Origin: Candidatus Kaiserbacteria bacterium
GTDB lineage: Bacteria; Patescibacteriota; Minisyncoccia; Phycocordibacterales; UBA918
Direction: 5' to 3'
NCBI GenBank assembly: GCA_031430855.1
Contig: JANPCG010000013.1
Coordinates: 99,781 to 163,780, forward strand
DNA: 64,000 nt
In this document: positions 18,206-28,385 of the stretch, piece after piece
Numbering within the stretch: the first letter of the stretch is position 1
Layout: each line of letters starts with the position of its first letter
Notes under the pieces: generated by a model
What the model saw: only the letters and a program-made list of their open reading frames with translations
The model's database searches: none
What the model was told of the DNA's origin: nothing
Program-made: the position numbers and the translations under genes

Positions 18206-19264
18206 TTACTCCACCATTTTCCATTTGAGCGGGACATCGCCACGGAATGGAACCACCGTGTCAGTACCAAAGGTGAAATTCGGAGGGGCTGACCACTCCG
18301 AGCGTTCGAGCGTAATGGTGCGACCCTTGGGGTTGAGTTCGTAGAACTCGCGCCCGAAGCGTCCGGCGAAGTCGGGCAGATAGTCGAGTTTGCCCATGCC
18401 ATCAAACGCCTCAGCGTAGAGTTCGAGTCCGGCGTGTGCGGTAAAACATCCCGCACAGCCGCAGCTCGTTTCTTTGGCTTTTCCTGGTTCGCCATGTTGT
18501 GCATGGGGAGCCGAGTCGCTGCCAAGGAAGAAGCGTGGGCTCCCCGAAGTGGCTGCCGCAAGAAGTGCCTTCTGATGACTTTCGCGCTTCAGGATCGGCA
18601 TGCAGTAGTAGTGGGGGCGGATGCCGCCCCGACCCAGCATATCGTTCCGATTGGCCAACAAGTGTTGTTGGGTGATTGTAGCTCCAATCCGAAGATGGTC
18701 GGGAGCTCGTTGTACCCGCTCCACAGCCTGTCTCGTGGTGATGTGTTCACACACCATTTGAAGCGCCGGAAACGTTTTCGTGAGCCACTCAAACGCTTCG
18801 TCATAGTAGACGGCCTCGCGGTCGTATACATCGACAGTTTGGTCGGCGGTTTCCCCATGCATCAAGAAATTCATACCCACTTCGGCCATGGTCTCGAGAT
18901 GTTCGGTGACGTCGGTTAGTTTGGCAACGCCTCCGTGCGAGTTGGTGGTCGCTCCCTTGGGGTAGAGCTTGATCCCGTGGACAATGCCCGATTTCTTCGC
19001 CTTCCGGATTTCGTCCGGGGAAAGCTCAGGGGTCAGGTAGAGGGTCAAGAGGGGCGTAAAGTCGATTCCCGACGGTACGCCAGCCATGATGTCGTCATGA
19101 TACCGTTTTGCATCATCCGTGGTGCGGATGAAGGGATTCGTGTTCGGCATCACCGTAGCGTAGCTGTACTGTCGGGCCGTATGGTGTACGACCGACAGCA
19201 GGCGGCTGCCTTCCCGAAAATGCACGTGCGCATCAAACGGGTCTTTGATTTTAAGCCTATCCAT
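18206..19264 (-). CDS. pyrC: dihydroorotase, class II (E. coli PyrC type)
   Basis: strong similarity to PyrC blocks: DAHVHFREG, GATTNSHGGV, CEHITT, HYYCMPILKR, FLGSDSAPHAQH...SCGCAGCF. Confidence 0.85.
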   Translation of the reverse strand: MDRLKIKDPFDAHVHFREGSRLLSVVHHTARQYSYATVMPNTNPFIRTTDDAKRYHDDIMAGVPSGIDFTPLLTLYLTPELSPDEIRKAKKSGIVHGIKLYPKGATTNSHGGVAKLTDVTEHLETMAEVGMNFLMHGETADQTVDVYDREAVYYDEAFEWLTKTFPALQMVCEHITTRQAVERVQRAPDHLRIGATITQQHLLANRNDMLGRGGIRPHYYCMPILKRESHQKALLAAATSGSPRFFLGSDSAPHAQHGEPGKAKETSCGCAGCFTAHAGLELYAEAFDGMGKLDYLPDFAGRFGREFYELNPKGRTITLERSEWSAPPNFTFGTDTVVPFRGDVPLKWKMVE

Positions 19265-20183
19265 CAGTGTGTCCTTTCCAGTGGTTCAAGTATTCCGTGA
19301 ACCGGCCACTGGTGGCCGGGTTGAGCAGATGCTCATGGAAGGTGTCTGGATCTCCAGCCCAGTGGGCAAGTGAGACGAGTTGGGTTAGCTTCGCTCCGTC
19401 CGCCAGACGGTCGATGATGTCGTTCCCGGTCGTAATGCCGCCTACACCAACGACATCGATTTTGATGTCGAGATGCTGACGGAATTGCCGGGTTTGACCC
19501 CGGGCAAATTGCAGAATGGCCGGACCAGACATACCGGCCAAGCCGTTGTTCGGATCGATAGTATCCGGGCCGGCATAGCAGTTAGGGACGGTGTTACAGG
19601 TCACGACTGCCCGAACCAAGTTCGGATAGAAGTTCACCAGTTCTGCCATCCGGCGTAGTTCGGCCGGATTTGTGTACGGCGAGAACTTCAGCCAGATGGG
19701 TTTTGGTGGCGGGCTTGAGGCAATCACTTTGAGCAGACTTGCGACATCGTCGATTGAAAACGACATGATCTCGCCGTGTCCCGAATTGGGACAGCCGAGA
19801 TTCAGGATGATGGCGCTCACACTCTTGAGGGCCGAAAAGATTTCGATCCCTGAGAGATAGTCCGCCAACGTGAAGCCGGCGATATTCACCAAGAGTGGCT
19901 GTTCACCCGCGTAGAGTGCGAGTTGCTTGGCAGCTTCGACATAGCCCATGTTGGGCATGTTGTAGCTGTTGAATCCGGCTCCACCTTCGAGGAATTCTTC
20001 GAGTGTTTCAGGCCAGAAAACTTTGCCGGTATTGCCGGGTCGCGATTCTGGCGTGTATGAGCCTGATTCAACAGCAGCTACCTTGAGCCACTCCAGTGTT
20101 CGCGTAGGGGTTTTGCAAACACCCGCACCAATCATAAATGGTCCATAGGGGAAGATGACTCCTCCGGCAGTGCAACTAAACAT
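19257..20183 (-). CDS. pyrD: dihydroorotate dehydrogenase-like flavoenzyme (class 1 PyrD family)
   Basis: NLGCPN and VGVGGITTGNDIID motifs matching DHODH 1A; start set at MFSCTAGG with GAGGA upstream. Confidence 0.7.
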   Translation of the reverse strand: MFSCTAGGVIFPYGPFMIGAGVCKTPTRTLEWLKVAAVESGSYTPESRPGNTGKVFWPETLEEFLEGGAGFNSYNMPNMGYVEAAKQLALYAGEQPLLVNIAGFTLADYLSGIEIFSALKSVSAIILNLGCPNSGHGEIMSFSIDDVASLLKVIASSPPPKPIWLKFSPYTNPAELRRMAELVNFYPNLVRAVVTCNTVPNCYAGPDTIDPNNGLAGMSGPAILQFARGQTRQFRQHLDIKIDVVGVGGITTGNDIIDRLADGAKLTQLVSLAHWAGDPDTFHEHLLNPATSGRFTEYLNHWKGHTDG

Positions 20184-20298
20184 GGTGTGTCCTCGCTTTC
20201 TGTAGATTGTGAAATAACGCAGGCCTCGTACCGCCACATTGGGGGTCCGTCCTTAATGCGAAACTATACAGGAGCGCACTTTAATTGCAATTAAACAC

Positions 20299-22671
20299 TT
20301 ATCCCTTAAGGAGTGCGACAGCAACTTCAAGCGTAAGGTCTTCCGTTTTCACGTCGTCCGGGATGCTGATACGCTTGAAGCCTTTACGCATATAGCGACC
20401 GGACTTTGATTCAAAGACATTGACCATTTTTTTCGTTACTGGATTGATTCCTAATTCTGCGATCAATTTTTCTCCCTTGCGTGCGGTTTTTGGTTGCGCA
20501 TAAATTTCGAGCGCTCGTTCGTAGGTGATGGTGTACGGATCGTCCGCTCCTTTGAGTGAACGGAAATCGCCCGCGTGTGCGAGGTATGGTCCGTACTGTC
20601 CGGTATTCGCGATAATTGGTTCGCCTGTTTTAGGATGAGCGCCCATTTCGCGTGGTAGGGTGAGGAATTTGATAGCGTCTTCTAGTGTAACGTCTTCAGG
20701 TTTCATCCCAGCTGGCAGTCCTGAACGTTTTGGACTTGGTTGTTTTTTACCCTTAACCTTTTCGGGATTAGCTCCTAATTGTACATAGGGTCCAAACTTG
20801 CCGTTCATTACATAAATATCGAGACCAGTTTCTGGGTGGGTGCCAATTGGTGCGTCTGGACGAAGCTCGCTGCCATCAATCATACGTGCCCCATTACAGT
20901 CTGGAAACCGGTCGCAGGAGAGGAAGGTGCCGGCTTTGCCGAGTTTAATCACCATCGTGCTGCCACAGAGTGGGCAGGGGAATTGGGCCGGGCCAGCGCC
21001 GAGGTTAGTTAATTTTGGAATGTCTTCTTTGGCGGCAACGTCTTTTTGGAACGGACCATAAAAATCAGTTAGGGTTTTCACGTACGTTAGATTACCCTCA
21101 GCAATTTCATCAAGTTTGTTTTCCATCTCACTCGTAAACGTGTCTGAAATATAGTCAGCAAAATGGTGTTCGAGAAAGCTTGAAACCACATCCCCGGTTT
21201 CAGTGGGGATGAGGGTACGGCCTTCTTTCAGTACATACCCACGATCAGTAATCGTCTTCATGATTGACGCATAGGTCGACGGACGGCCAATTCCACGTTT
21301 CTCGAGTTCTTTGATGAGTCCGGCTTCACTATAGCGTCCAGGAGGTTGGGTTTGTTTGGCTTCGATATCAATTGATGAGAGCGCGAGAGTGTCTCCGACG
21401 ACTAACTTTGGTACCTCAGTGTCTTCGCCACGAGCGCGCGTATCAACCATGAGCCATCCGGGAGATATGATGCGTGAACCACTCACTGAAAAATCAGGAA
21501 TGCTATCTGTAGCTGAAGAAATATTAGCAAGGATCTTGGTTCGGAGCATCGTCGCATCAGACATTTGTGAGGCGACGGTTCGTTTCCAAATCAGTTCATA
21601 GAGTGCCTTCTGGTCGGCGGTCGCACCAACGGAATGTTTTGAAAAATTAGTTGGACGAACCGCTTCGTGGGCTTCTTGGGCACCTTTGCTTTTGGTTTTG
21701 TAGGTATGAGGTGAAAGATTTTCACGACCATATTCTTTAGTGATGAGTGAGTAGATTTGCGCGAGTGCTACCTGACTCATATTAGTACTGTCAGTACGCA
21801 TGTAGGTAATGTGACCAGCTTCGTATAACTTCTGAGCGGCTCCCATGGTTCGTGATGGAGAAAAGCCAAGGCGGGTCGAAGCTACCTGCTGGAGAGTTGA
21901 GGTGGTAAATGGCGGCTTCGGAACACGCTTGGCTTCGGTTTCTTTGATACTCATGACTGCCCAAGGATTTTTTTCACCGACGGTTTTAATCCGGGTTGCC
22001 TCGTCTTCAGTTGAAGGTTCAACGGTACAGAGAAATGGAATCTGTAGTTTCTTGGCCGTCGTATTTGCAGTGAGAACAAAGTAGTCATCTGGAATAAATG
22101 CTCGAATTTCTCGCTCACGCTCCATCACGATACGTAATGCGGGCGATTGCACGCGGCCAGCCGACAGTCCGTAACGAACTTTTTTCCAAATAAGCCCTGA
22201 GAGATCGTAGCCCACCAAACGGTCGAGGATGCGACGTGCTTCCTGAGCTTCTTTGAGATTAATATCAATTTCGCGTGGGTGGGTAATCGCAGTCCGAACT
22301 GCGTCCTCGGTAATTTCATTAAATACCACTCGTTTGAGATTTTTGTTTTCTTTTTTAATCAATTCAGCCACGTGCCAGGCAATCGCTTCTCCCTCTCGGT
22401 CGGGGTCGGATGCTAACAGAACGAGGTCAGCTTTCTTTGCTGCAGCCTGCAGACTTTTAATCACCCCTTCTTTACCAGGTGAGTTGATGTAGCGGGGGAT
22501 AAATCCACCTTCGATATCTACTGCGTCCTTGTTACTTTTGGGGATGTCGCGGACATGCCCAATTGACGACATTACTTTGTAGCCAATGCCCAGGTATTTT
22601 TCAATCGTTTTTGCTTTGGCTGGTGATTCAACAATCACGAGGGTGTTTTTGGTCGCAGATGTAGTGCTCAT
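20299..22671 (-). CDS. topA: DNA topoisomerase I
   Basis: N-terminus LVIVESPAKAKTIEKYLG (TOPRIM), C-terminal Zn ribbons CPLCGS...C..C; start set at MSTTSATKN. Confidence 0.9.
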   Translation of the reverse strand: MSTTSATKNTLVIVESPAKAKTIEKYLGIGYKVMSSIGHVRDIPKSNKDAVDIEGGFIPRYINSPGKEGVIKSLQAAAKKADLVLLASDPDREGEAIAWHVAELIKKENKNLKRVVFNEITEDAVRTAITHPREIDINLKEAQEARRILDRLVGYDLSGLIWKKVRYGLSAGRVQSPALRIVMEREREIRAFIPDDYFVLTANTTAKKLQIPFLCTVEPSTEDEATRIKTVGEKNPWAVMSIKETEAKRVPKPPFTTSTLQQVASTRLGFSPSRTMGAAQKLYEAGHITYMRTDSTNMSQVALAQIYSLITKEYGRENLSPHTYKTKSKGAQEAHEAVRPTNFSKHSVGATADQKALYELIWKRTVASQMSDATMLRTKILANISSATDSIPDFSVSGSRIISPGWLMVDTRARGEDTEVPKLVVGDTLALSSIDIEAKQTQPPGRYSEAGLIKELEKRGIGRPSTYASIMKTITDRGYVLKEGRTLIPTETGDVVSSFLEHHFADYISDTFTSEMENKLDEIAEGNLTYVKTLTDFYGPFQKDVAAKEDIPKLTNLGAGPAQFPCPLCGSTMVIKLGKAGTFLSCDRFPDCNGARMIDGSELRPDAPIGTHPETGLDIYVMNGKFGPYVQLGANPEKVKGKKQPSPKRSGLPAGMKPEDVTLEDAIKFLTLPREMGAHPKTGEPIIANTGQYGPYLAHAGDFRSLKGADDPYTITYERALEIYAQPKTARKGEKLIAELGINPVTKKMVNVFESKSGRYMRKGFKRISIPDDVKTEDLTLEVAVALLKG

Positions 22672-22749
22672 ATATATGTATAGTCTGACATAAATACTAG
22701 CTTTGACAGAATCTGTCAATGTATAACCGAATATTGCTATCCCATTTTC

Positions 22750-23616
22750 CTACAACTGTGAGCGGTACATATTGCCATCCATCGCGATGAATCCGTGCAT
22801 TTCCATTTGCATTAAGAGGATGTTTGCTTCAGATGCCGGTAGTCCAATAAGCCTGATGAGACTGTCGCGGTCAGTGGGATTACGTAGGTGGGTGAGGACG
22901 AGTTCTTCGTGCGGGGATAGGTCACGTGCTCTAACGATACCTTTAGGCTCAAGCACTTCAATCCCTAGAACAGCTAAGATATCTTCTGCTTCAGTGACAG
23001 GAGTAGCACCTAGTTTGAGGAATTGGTGGGTACCGTATGAATTTTTAGAAAAAATACTCCCCGGTACCACTAAGAGTTCTCGATTATAGTCAGCCGTCAT
23101 ACGGGCGGTAATGAGTGTTCCTGATTGTGGTGCTGCTTCGATGAGGATGGTAGCGGTGCACATACCCGCCATAATGCGATTACGCTGCGTAAAGGTCCAT
23201 TTGGCCGCCGGCATCAGTGGTTCAAATTCTGAGAGAAGCCCGCCACCGCTCTCAACAATCCGTTGCGCCAGCCGTTTATGGGAGGCGGGATAAATTACCG
23301 AGGAGTCGAGACCGCTGCCGGGGACAGCCATAGTATACAGACCATGTTCGAGCGCGGCTTCATGGGCAAGGGAATCTATACCAAGTGCGAGTCCAGAAAT
23401 AATCCCAACGGGGTAACCAGCGAGTCCACCAATGAGATGATCGACGACTTGTTTGCCGTAAGTAGTGTAGTCTCGTGAACCAACGACGGCGAGGAGAGCG
23501 AGTTCTGGCGGCGGCAGCTCACCCTCGAGCCACAAATCAGTAGGTGGCTGGGGAATTTCCACCAGTAACGGTGGAAATTCAGCATTGAGTAGTTTTCGTA
23601 TCCGAGACGAACTCAT
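22750..23616 (-). CDS. dprA: DNA processing protein DprA/Smf
   Basis: Rossmann-like DprA core: VVGSRDYTTYG, GLALGIDSLAHEAAL, TMAVPGSGLD, TILIEAAPQSGTLITAR. Confidence 0.85.
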   Translation of the reverse strand: MSSSRIRKLLNAEFPPLLVEIPQPPTDLWLEGELPPPELALLAVVGSRDYTTYGKQVVDHLIGGLAGYPVGIISGLALGIDSLAHEAALEHGLYTMAVPGSGLDSSVIYPASHKRLAQRIVESGGGLLSEFEPLMPAAKWTFTQRNRIMAGMCTATILIEAAPQSGTLITARMTADYNRELLVVPGSIFSKNSYGTHQFLKLGATPVTEAEDILAVLGIEVLEPKGIVRARDLSPHEELVLTHLRNPTDRDSLIRLIGLPASEANILLMQMEMHGFIAMDGNMYRSQL

Positions 23617-23727
23617 ATAAAAATTTTACCACACCATCACACGGTAATCATTAGAGCGTGCATATATTGACTTTTTAATAAAATATGCTATTATTTTGGC
23701 TGATGTAACGCGCAAAAATGCGCAAAA

Positions 23728-24438
23728 ATGAGGGCAGTAATGAAAATTGTGATGGCAGGACTTCTGGTGATGGTTATGACGACCTTTTCCTGGGTAACTG
23801 GCGCGACAGCCGAAACCAAACGTCCGTTTACCGGACTGTATGGTGCCATTGGTCAACACCAAAGTAGCGGGGACTTCTCGTTGTCCCACCGCGGGGAACT
23901 TTTCTCCTTCGGAGAAATCCTGAATGTTCCGCTCCAGGGGTCAATCACGACCTACGAAGTCGGGTACCGTATCCCCATGGGGCAGACCAATATGCGCTTT
24001 GGCGTAAATGCCGTTCTGCATGATGGAACCATTGCTGGCGCCAAGCGCTGGGAGGGTTTCAAATCCTCGGCCACCTTTGGGGTATCGTCTGACCTGCGGT
24101 TGTCCCTTGGGGCCGAAGTGGGTACGGTCGTGGGAGAGCAAGAACGGCTCTACCTCTTTGTCAGAGCGGGAATGGTTGCGTCTGACCTAAATGCGAGTCT
24201 GGCTATCGACACTCCCTGGGGTGACTGGGGTCGCGAAAAATCAGGCGGCGCAGTCGGTAATACCTTCAGCGTTGGGATGGAGTACCAAGTGAATAATCGT
24301 CTGAGCGTTGGTCTCTCGGCCAGTCAGATGGAATTCGATGCCGCCAAAGCCTTCGGGCTCGGCGACATGGGAGAGCAACGTTTTGAGGCAACGCTCAAGC
24401 AGACCACGTTTGGTCTTGATGTAAGCTTTCGCTTCTAA
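23728..24438 (+). CDS. secreted beta-rich protein with C-terminal aromatic residue (beta-barrel or OMP-like), hypothetical
   Basis: signal peptide MKIVMAGLLVMVMTTFSWVTGATA; alternating hydrophobic pattern; ends ...LDVSFRF. Confidence 0.4.
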   Translation: MRAVMKIVMAGLLVMVMTTFSWVTGATAETKRPFTGLYGAIGQHQSSGDFSLSHRGELFSFGEILNVPLQGSITTYEVGYRIPMGQTNMRFGVNAVLHDGTIAGAKRWEGFKSSATFGVSSDLRLSLGAEVGTVVGEQERLYLFVRAGMVASDLNASLAIDTPWGDWGREKSGGAVGNTFSVGMEYQVNNRLSVGLSASQMEFDAAKAFGLGDMGEQRFEATLKQTTFGLDVSFRF

Positions 24439-24444
24439 GTGACG

Positions 24445-24480
24445 ATCGGTGGCCCAGTACCTGGGCCGCCGATTTTTTTA
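24445..24480 (+). terminator. rho-independent terminator ATCGGTGGCCCAG-tac-CTGGGCCGCCGAT + T7
   Basis: 13-bp stem followed by TTTTTTT directly after the stop of 23728..24438. Confidence 0.7.
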
Positions 24481-24526
24481 TATACTATTAAAACGAAACC
24501 CCCACCCACAATTGTGCAGGAAGGGG

Positions 24527-25042
24527 TCAGCGGTTGTCGTCGTCAACCTGATAGTTGCGACTGTGGGGCATGCCGTAGTGGATGCGGCCGAGGAGGAATA
24601 TCTCAATTTCACCAAGCGTCCGAGGATCGTGTGTGCCGGTCTTAAACGTTGCACGCATGGCCTCTGTTTTGATGTGAGCCAGCTTGGCCCTCGAGAGGGT
24701 GTCGTGCTTACGGCAGCGACGTTCCATCTCGATAGAAAATACTTCCTTGAGACGGAGGGAACTTGCGATGAGTTCATCAAAACGCTCGTACGCTGTTTTT
24801 TCCATGGTCCGCTTGGCGAAGGTTGTAATCTCTCCCCGCATCAGTCGTTCGTAGTCTGGGTAGATATACTGAATGCCTGGCTGATCATGTTGAGCGCGTC
24901 TGAAGAAGCCTTTCCGTAGCCAAATAGTTAGCCTGACTTCTTTCGGAGTAAAGGCGCCTCGGGGGAACTGGTGAACTTCACCGTTTACGTAGTCACGTAA
25001 GGCAGGCGGCAGGGTACTGCTGTCGAGGAATGTCGTTGTCAT
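24527..25042 (-). CDS. hypothetical protein (start at MTTTFLDSS, AAGGAG 6 nt upstream)
   Basis: long ORF with good SD; overlapping plus-strand ORF 24449..24919 judged antisense artefact. Confidence 0.5.
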   Translation of the reverse strand: MTTTFLDSSTLPPALRDYVNGEVHQFPRGAFTPKEVRLTIWLRKGFFRRAQHDQPGIQYIYPDYERLMRGEITTFAKRTMEKTAYERFDELIASSLRLKEVFSIEMERRCRKHDTLSRAKLAHIKTEAMRATFKTGTHDPRTLGEIEIFLLGRIHYGMPHSRNYQVDDDNR

Positions 25043-25153
25043 CTCGAACTCCTTTCTCTCTTTATACATTATTACTACTTTGTCCAGTCTTGTCTAGTAC
25101 CGCGCTTAAAACGGTGTTGTATATATCATATTTTCTAGTATTCTAGGAAGCGT

Positions 25154-26416
25154 ATGTTAGATATCAAATTCATCCGAGAAAATCTCGAAGTGGTAAAACT
25201 TGCCGCGGTAAAAAAGAAAATCAAAGTAGACCTCGATCGCTTAATGGTGGTTGATGATAGTCGGCGCGCGGTAATGTCAGTACTCGAGATTAAAAAGGCT
25301 GAACAGAATCGAGTCTCTGGTGATGTAGCGAAGACGACGGACGGTGCTGTTCGGGCCCAATTGATTACTGAAATGCAGGCGCTGAAGACTGAGATCCAAA
25401 CCGATGAAGAAAAGCTCAAGCCTATCTTAGAGGAATGGAAAACTATTATGCTCCAGGTACCAAACGTGCCAGACATGACGGTACCAGATGGTGATAGTGA
25501 TGCCGATAATCAAGAGGTAAAAAATTGGGGTGAACAATCAACGTTTTCGTTTCCGGCTAAAGACCATGTGGAATTAATGACAACGCACAAGATGGTTGAT
25601 TTTGAGCGCGGGGCAAAAGTACATGGTTTTCGGGGCTACTACCTCACGGGTGATGGAGCAATGCTCTCATGGGCGATTTGGAATTACGCGAATGAGTTTT
25701 TTATTAATAAAGGGTTTACTCCCATTCTTCCGCCGGCGATTGTGAGAAAGGCGAACCTCTACGGCACTGGCCATTTGCCGAACGATGCTGATGATGTGTA
25801 TCGTACCCAAGACGAGGATTATTTGATTGGGACGAGTGAGGTGTCAGTGATGGGGTACTACAGCGACGAGGTGTTAGAGCAAAAAGATTTCCCGGTAAAA
25901 TTCCTTGGGTTCTCACCGTGTTTCAGACGAGAAGCCGGGAGTCATGGTAAAGATACGCGCGGACTGATTCGCGTCCACGAGTTTTATAAGCTCGAACAAG
26001 TCATTCTCTGTGAAGCGTCGCACGAAGAGAGTGTGAAGTGGCATGAGTGGATTAACCGGAATACTGAAGAGTTCATTGAATCACTTGGTATTCCATATCG
26101 AACGGTTCTCAATTGTGGCGGAGATATTGGTCAAGGTCAGGTTAAAAAATACGACGTTGAGTTGTGGGTTCCAGGGGAACAAAAATACCGCGAGATTAGT
26201 TCAGCGTCTTACTTCCATGATTTTCAAACTCGTCGGTTTAATATTCGCTATAAAGACGCCGAGGGCAAAGTCCGCTACGCGCACTCACTTAATTGTACGG
26301 CGATTCCAACACCGCGGATCTTGGTTTCACTCGTAGAAAATTTCCAACAGGCTGATGGCACGATTGTGATTCCTGAGCCGTTGCGAAAGTACTTTGGTAA
26401 AGCCCAAATTGGATAA
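25154..26416 (+). CDS. serS: seryl-tRNA synthetase
   Basis: N-terminal coiled-coil MLDIKFIRENLE..., class II motifs (FRRE, GxGxGx), 420 aa. Confidence 0.9.
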   Translation: MLDIKFIRENLEVVKLAAVKKKIKVDLDRLMVVDDSRRAVMSVLEIKKAEQNRVSGDVAKTTDGAVRAQLITEMQALKTEIQTDEEKLKPILEEWKTIMLQVPNVPDMTVPDGDSDADNQEVKNWGEQSTFSFPAKDHVELMTTHKMVDFERGAKVHGFRGYYLTGDGAMLSWAIWNYANEFFINKGFTPILPPAIVRKANLYGTGHLPNDADDVYRTQDEDYLIGTSEVSVMGYYSDEVLEQKDFPVKFLGFSPCFRREAGSHGKDTRGLIRVHEFYKLEQVILCEASHEESVKWHEWINRNTEEFIESLGIPYRTVLNCGGDIGQGQVKKYDVELWVPGEQKYREISSASYFHDFQTRRFNIRYKDAEGKVRYAHSLNCTAIPTPRILVSLVENFQQADGTIVIPEPLRKYFGKAQIG

Positions 26417-26658
26417 TGAAATTGTTTGTTCCTGAACTCATTGCATGGGGTGGGGTAGGTGCGATACTTACTGCTTACATTGGAGTGAGTAGTGGATATT
26501 TAGATATGTCGATGTGGATATATCACGCACTTAATGCAATTGGAGCACTGATACTTATTGTCTCGTCTACTCGTAAAAAACATTATCAACCACTCTTGCT
26601 TAATGCGGTTTGGTTTATCGTCGCAGTGATAGCTTTAGGTAGTCTCGCAATACGATAA
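26416..26658 (+). CDS. small membrane protein (two TM helices)
   Basis: ORF overlapping serS stop; hydrophobic. Confidence 0.4.
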   Translation: MKLFVPELIAWGGVGAILTAYIGVSSGYLDMSMWIYHALNAIGALILIVSSTRKKHYQPLLLNAVWFIVAVIALGSLAIR

Positions 26659-26789
26659 AAGATTGAACAATCATGTTGAGAGAAACTCGTATATTTAAAT
26701 TATCGTCATCCAGTGACGATTTTTGTACGTGTTGACAAGCAGAGTGGCTTGAGACTTTAGAGTAGGGAAGGCGCTGGTGTGATAGCATA

Positions 26790-27698
26790 GTGACAATGTT
26801 TAAGCAGCAGAGTGCAGTGCGCACGAAAGGTAAACCAAAGCGCCGAATCACTGACCCCAACAAGCGTATGCTAATTGGGCAGATTCTCGTTGGAGTAATT
26901 CTCTTTTCAATTTTCGGTATACTCGCAGCGGCTTTGTGGTACGGAACGCGTGTGGAGAGTTATACACTGACCACTATAACCGCTTCCGGAGGAGAGACGA
27001 TTGATCATACTAAAGTGACGGAAACCGCCGCTGTTATCCTTCAGGGTTCGTACCTCGGTTTGATCCCACGTCAGTTTGCTTGGACGTATCCAGAGGAAGA
27101 TATGTACACCGCTTTGCGGGCTATACCGCGTTTGAAAGATCCCGTGATAACTCGCGTGTCAGGGACAGAGCTCCAGATTGAATTTGACGAATATATTCCG
27201 CATGCACTGTGGTGTACCGAGCGAACTGAAGGTGAGTGTTTGTTAATTGATGCCTCGGGCTATGCCTTTGGTCCTGCGCCAAAATTAAAGGGGGGAGCCT
27301 TTGTGCGGTACCGTACTTTGGGGACAGAGCCGACAATAGGCAAAACCGTATTACCAGCTGAGCAACTGAGTACTATTGCAGACTTCATCTCGCTCGTGCA
27401 GGCAACGGGGACGTTTGAAATTGCGGCCGTTGAAACAGATTCGGTTGGGGATGTATTTTATATAGTCTCTGGCGGAGGAGAATTTAAGGCGTCACTTCGC
27501 GACGCTGCCGCAGTGGTATATGACAACCTTCAAACTATTTTAGGGTCAAAAGAATTTTCTGATATTGCTCCCGGTAATTTTCAGTACATTGACTTACGAT
27601 TTGGGAGTAAGGTGTTTGTAAACGAAGAAAAGCTGCAACCTGCAACATCGACTGCAACAAGTATCGTACCTGATGGGATGGCGAGCAGTAGCGAATAA
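26790..27698 (+). CDS. ftsQ: cell division protein FtsQ/DivIB-like (cytoplasmic N-terminus, one TM helix, POTRA-like domain)
   Basis: topology and ITRVSGTELQIEFDEYIPHALWC...LIDASGYAFG region resemble the FtsQ POTRA domain; moderate. Confidence 0.45.
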   Translation: MTMFKQQSAVRTKGKPKRRITDPNKRMLIGQILVGVILFSIFGILAAALWYGTRVESYTLTTITASGGETIDHTKVTETAAVILQGSYLGLIPRQFAWTYPEEDMYTALRAIPRLKDPVITRVSGTELQIEFDEYIPHALWCTERTEGECLLIDASGYAFGPAPKLKGGAFVRYRTLGTEPTIGKTVLPAEQLSTIADFISLVQATGTFEIAAVETDSVGDVFYIVSGGGEFKASLRDAAAVVYDNLQTILGSKEFSDIAPGNFQYIDLRFGSKVFVNEEKLQPATSTATSIVPDGMASSSE

Positions 27699-27773
27699 AA
27701 ATACGACCGCCACGTAGTGTTGTGGCGGTCGCTCTGCGGAAGAAATGGTACGATTGGCTTTTCCTTTCGGCGT

Positions 27774-28031
27774 CTAGCTCCACCGCTTTGTGTCGGTCGG
27801 GTCGGGGGGATTGATTTCAACGATAGGCTCAATGCCGTTTACCGCATTAAGGAGAATGGCCTCAGCTACGGGAGTTGCTCCGGCGAAGAGGAGGTGGGGC
27901 CCGTTGTGCTCACGCGGTACACGTTCGCGGGACTGTATCGTTGTGCATTCGAGCTTTGACAGCATCGGTTCGATACGCTGGTAGATTGTAGTCCACATCG
28001 CGCGCGGCGCGACAATCATGATGAACTTCAT
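27774..28031 (-). CDS. small hypothetical protein (possible PII-like fold)
   Basis: 85 aa ORF; weak resemblance only. Confidence 0.3.
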   Translation of the reverse strand: MKFIMIVAPRAMWTTIYQRIEPMLSKLECTTIQSRERVPREHNGPHLLFAGATPVAEAILLNAVNGIEPIVEINPPDPTDTKRWS

Positions 28032-28068
28032 GGTGCAATCTTCCTTAGGGTGTGTTTTTTGAGAGCGC

Positions 28069-28380
28069 TCATAATGGGCGCCGCAGGAGGCGCTTCCAGA
28101 TCAGTGCCGCTGTCAGAATGACGAAGAACAATGCGGCGAGCCCGAACATGATGTTTGCTGCAATCGTAAAAATGAAATGCTCCACCGGATCTGGTTCTTC
28201 AATGATGAGCAGTAATTCACGGAAACCGAGAATGGCACCCCCGAGGACTGCTGTCATAACCGTGATTATGATGATACCTATGAAGATTTCAAACGGGTTG
28301 AGCCGTGGAGTGGATTGCGTGGTCATGTCGTACCTCCGGTGTACCAGGTTGCGTTTCTGTAGTCTTCTTGTACAGTACAA
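28069..28380 (-). CDS. small membrane protein (two TM helices)
   Basis: hydrophobic 103 aa ORF. Confidence 0.35.
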   Translation of the reverse strand: MYCTRRLQKRNLVHRRYDMTTQSTPRLNPFEIFIGIIIITVMTAVLGGAILGFRELLLIIEEPDPVEHFIFTIAANIMFGLAALFFVILTAALIWKRLLRRPL

Positions 28381-28385
28381 CCATC

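Noticed and set aside
16569-18224. 551 aa Rel/SpoT ORF with MENGGVTSIRCRGAP N-terminus
   Set aside because: The N-terminal 33 residues are not Rel-like and overlap the pyrC 3' end. Homology starts at MKIMKNAADI, so the ORF was trimmed to 18125.
23640-23727. GCGCAAAAATGCGCAAAAATG tandem 10-mer upstream of 23728
   Set aside because: Only two copies in a promoter region. Too short to call a repeat feature, and it may simply be promoter or UP-element sequence.
24449-24919. Plus-strand 156 aa ORF overlapping 24527..25042
   Set aside because: The minus-strand ORF has a canonical AAGGAG SD and a longer coherent frame. The plus-strand ORF begins inside a terminator.
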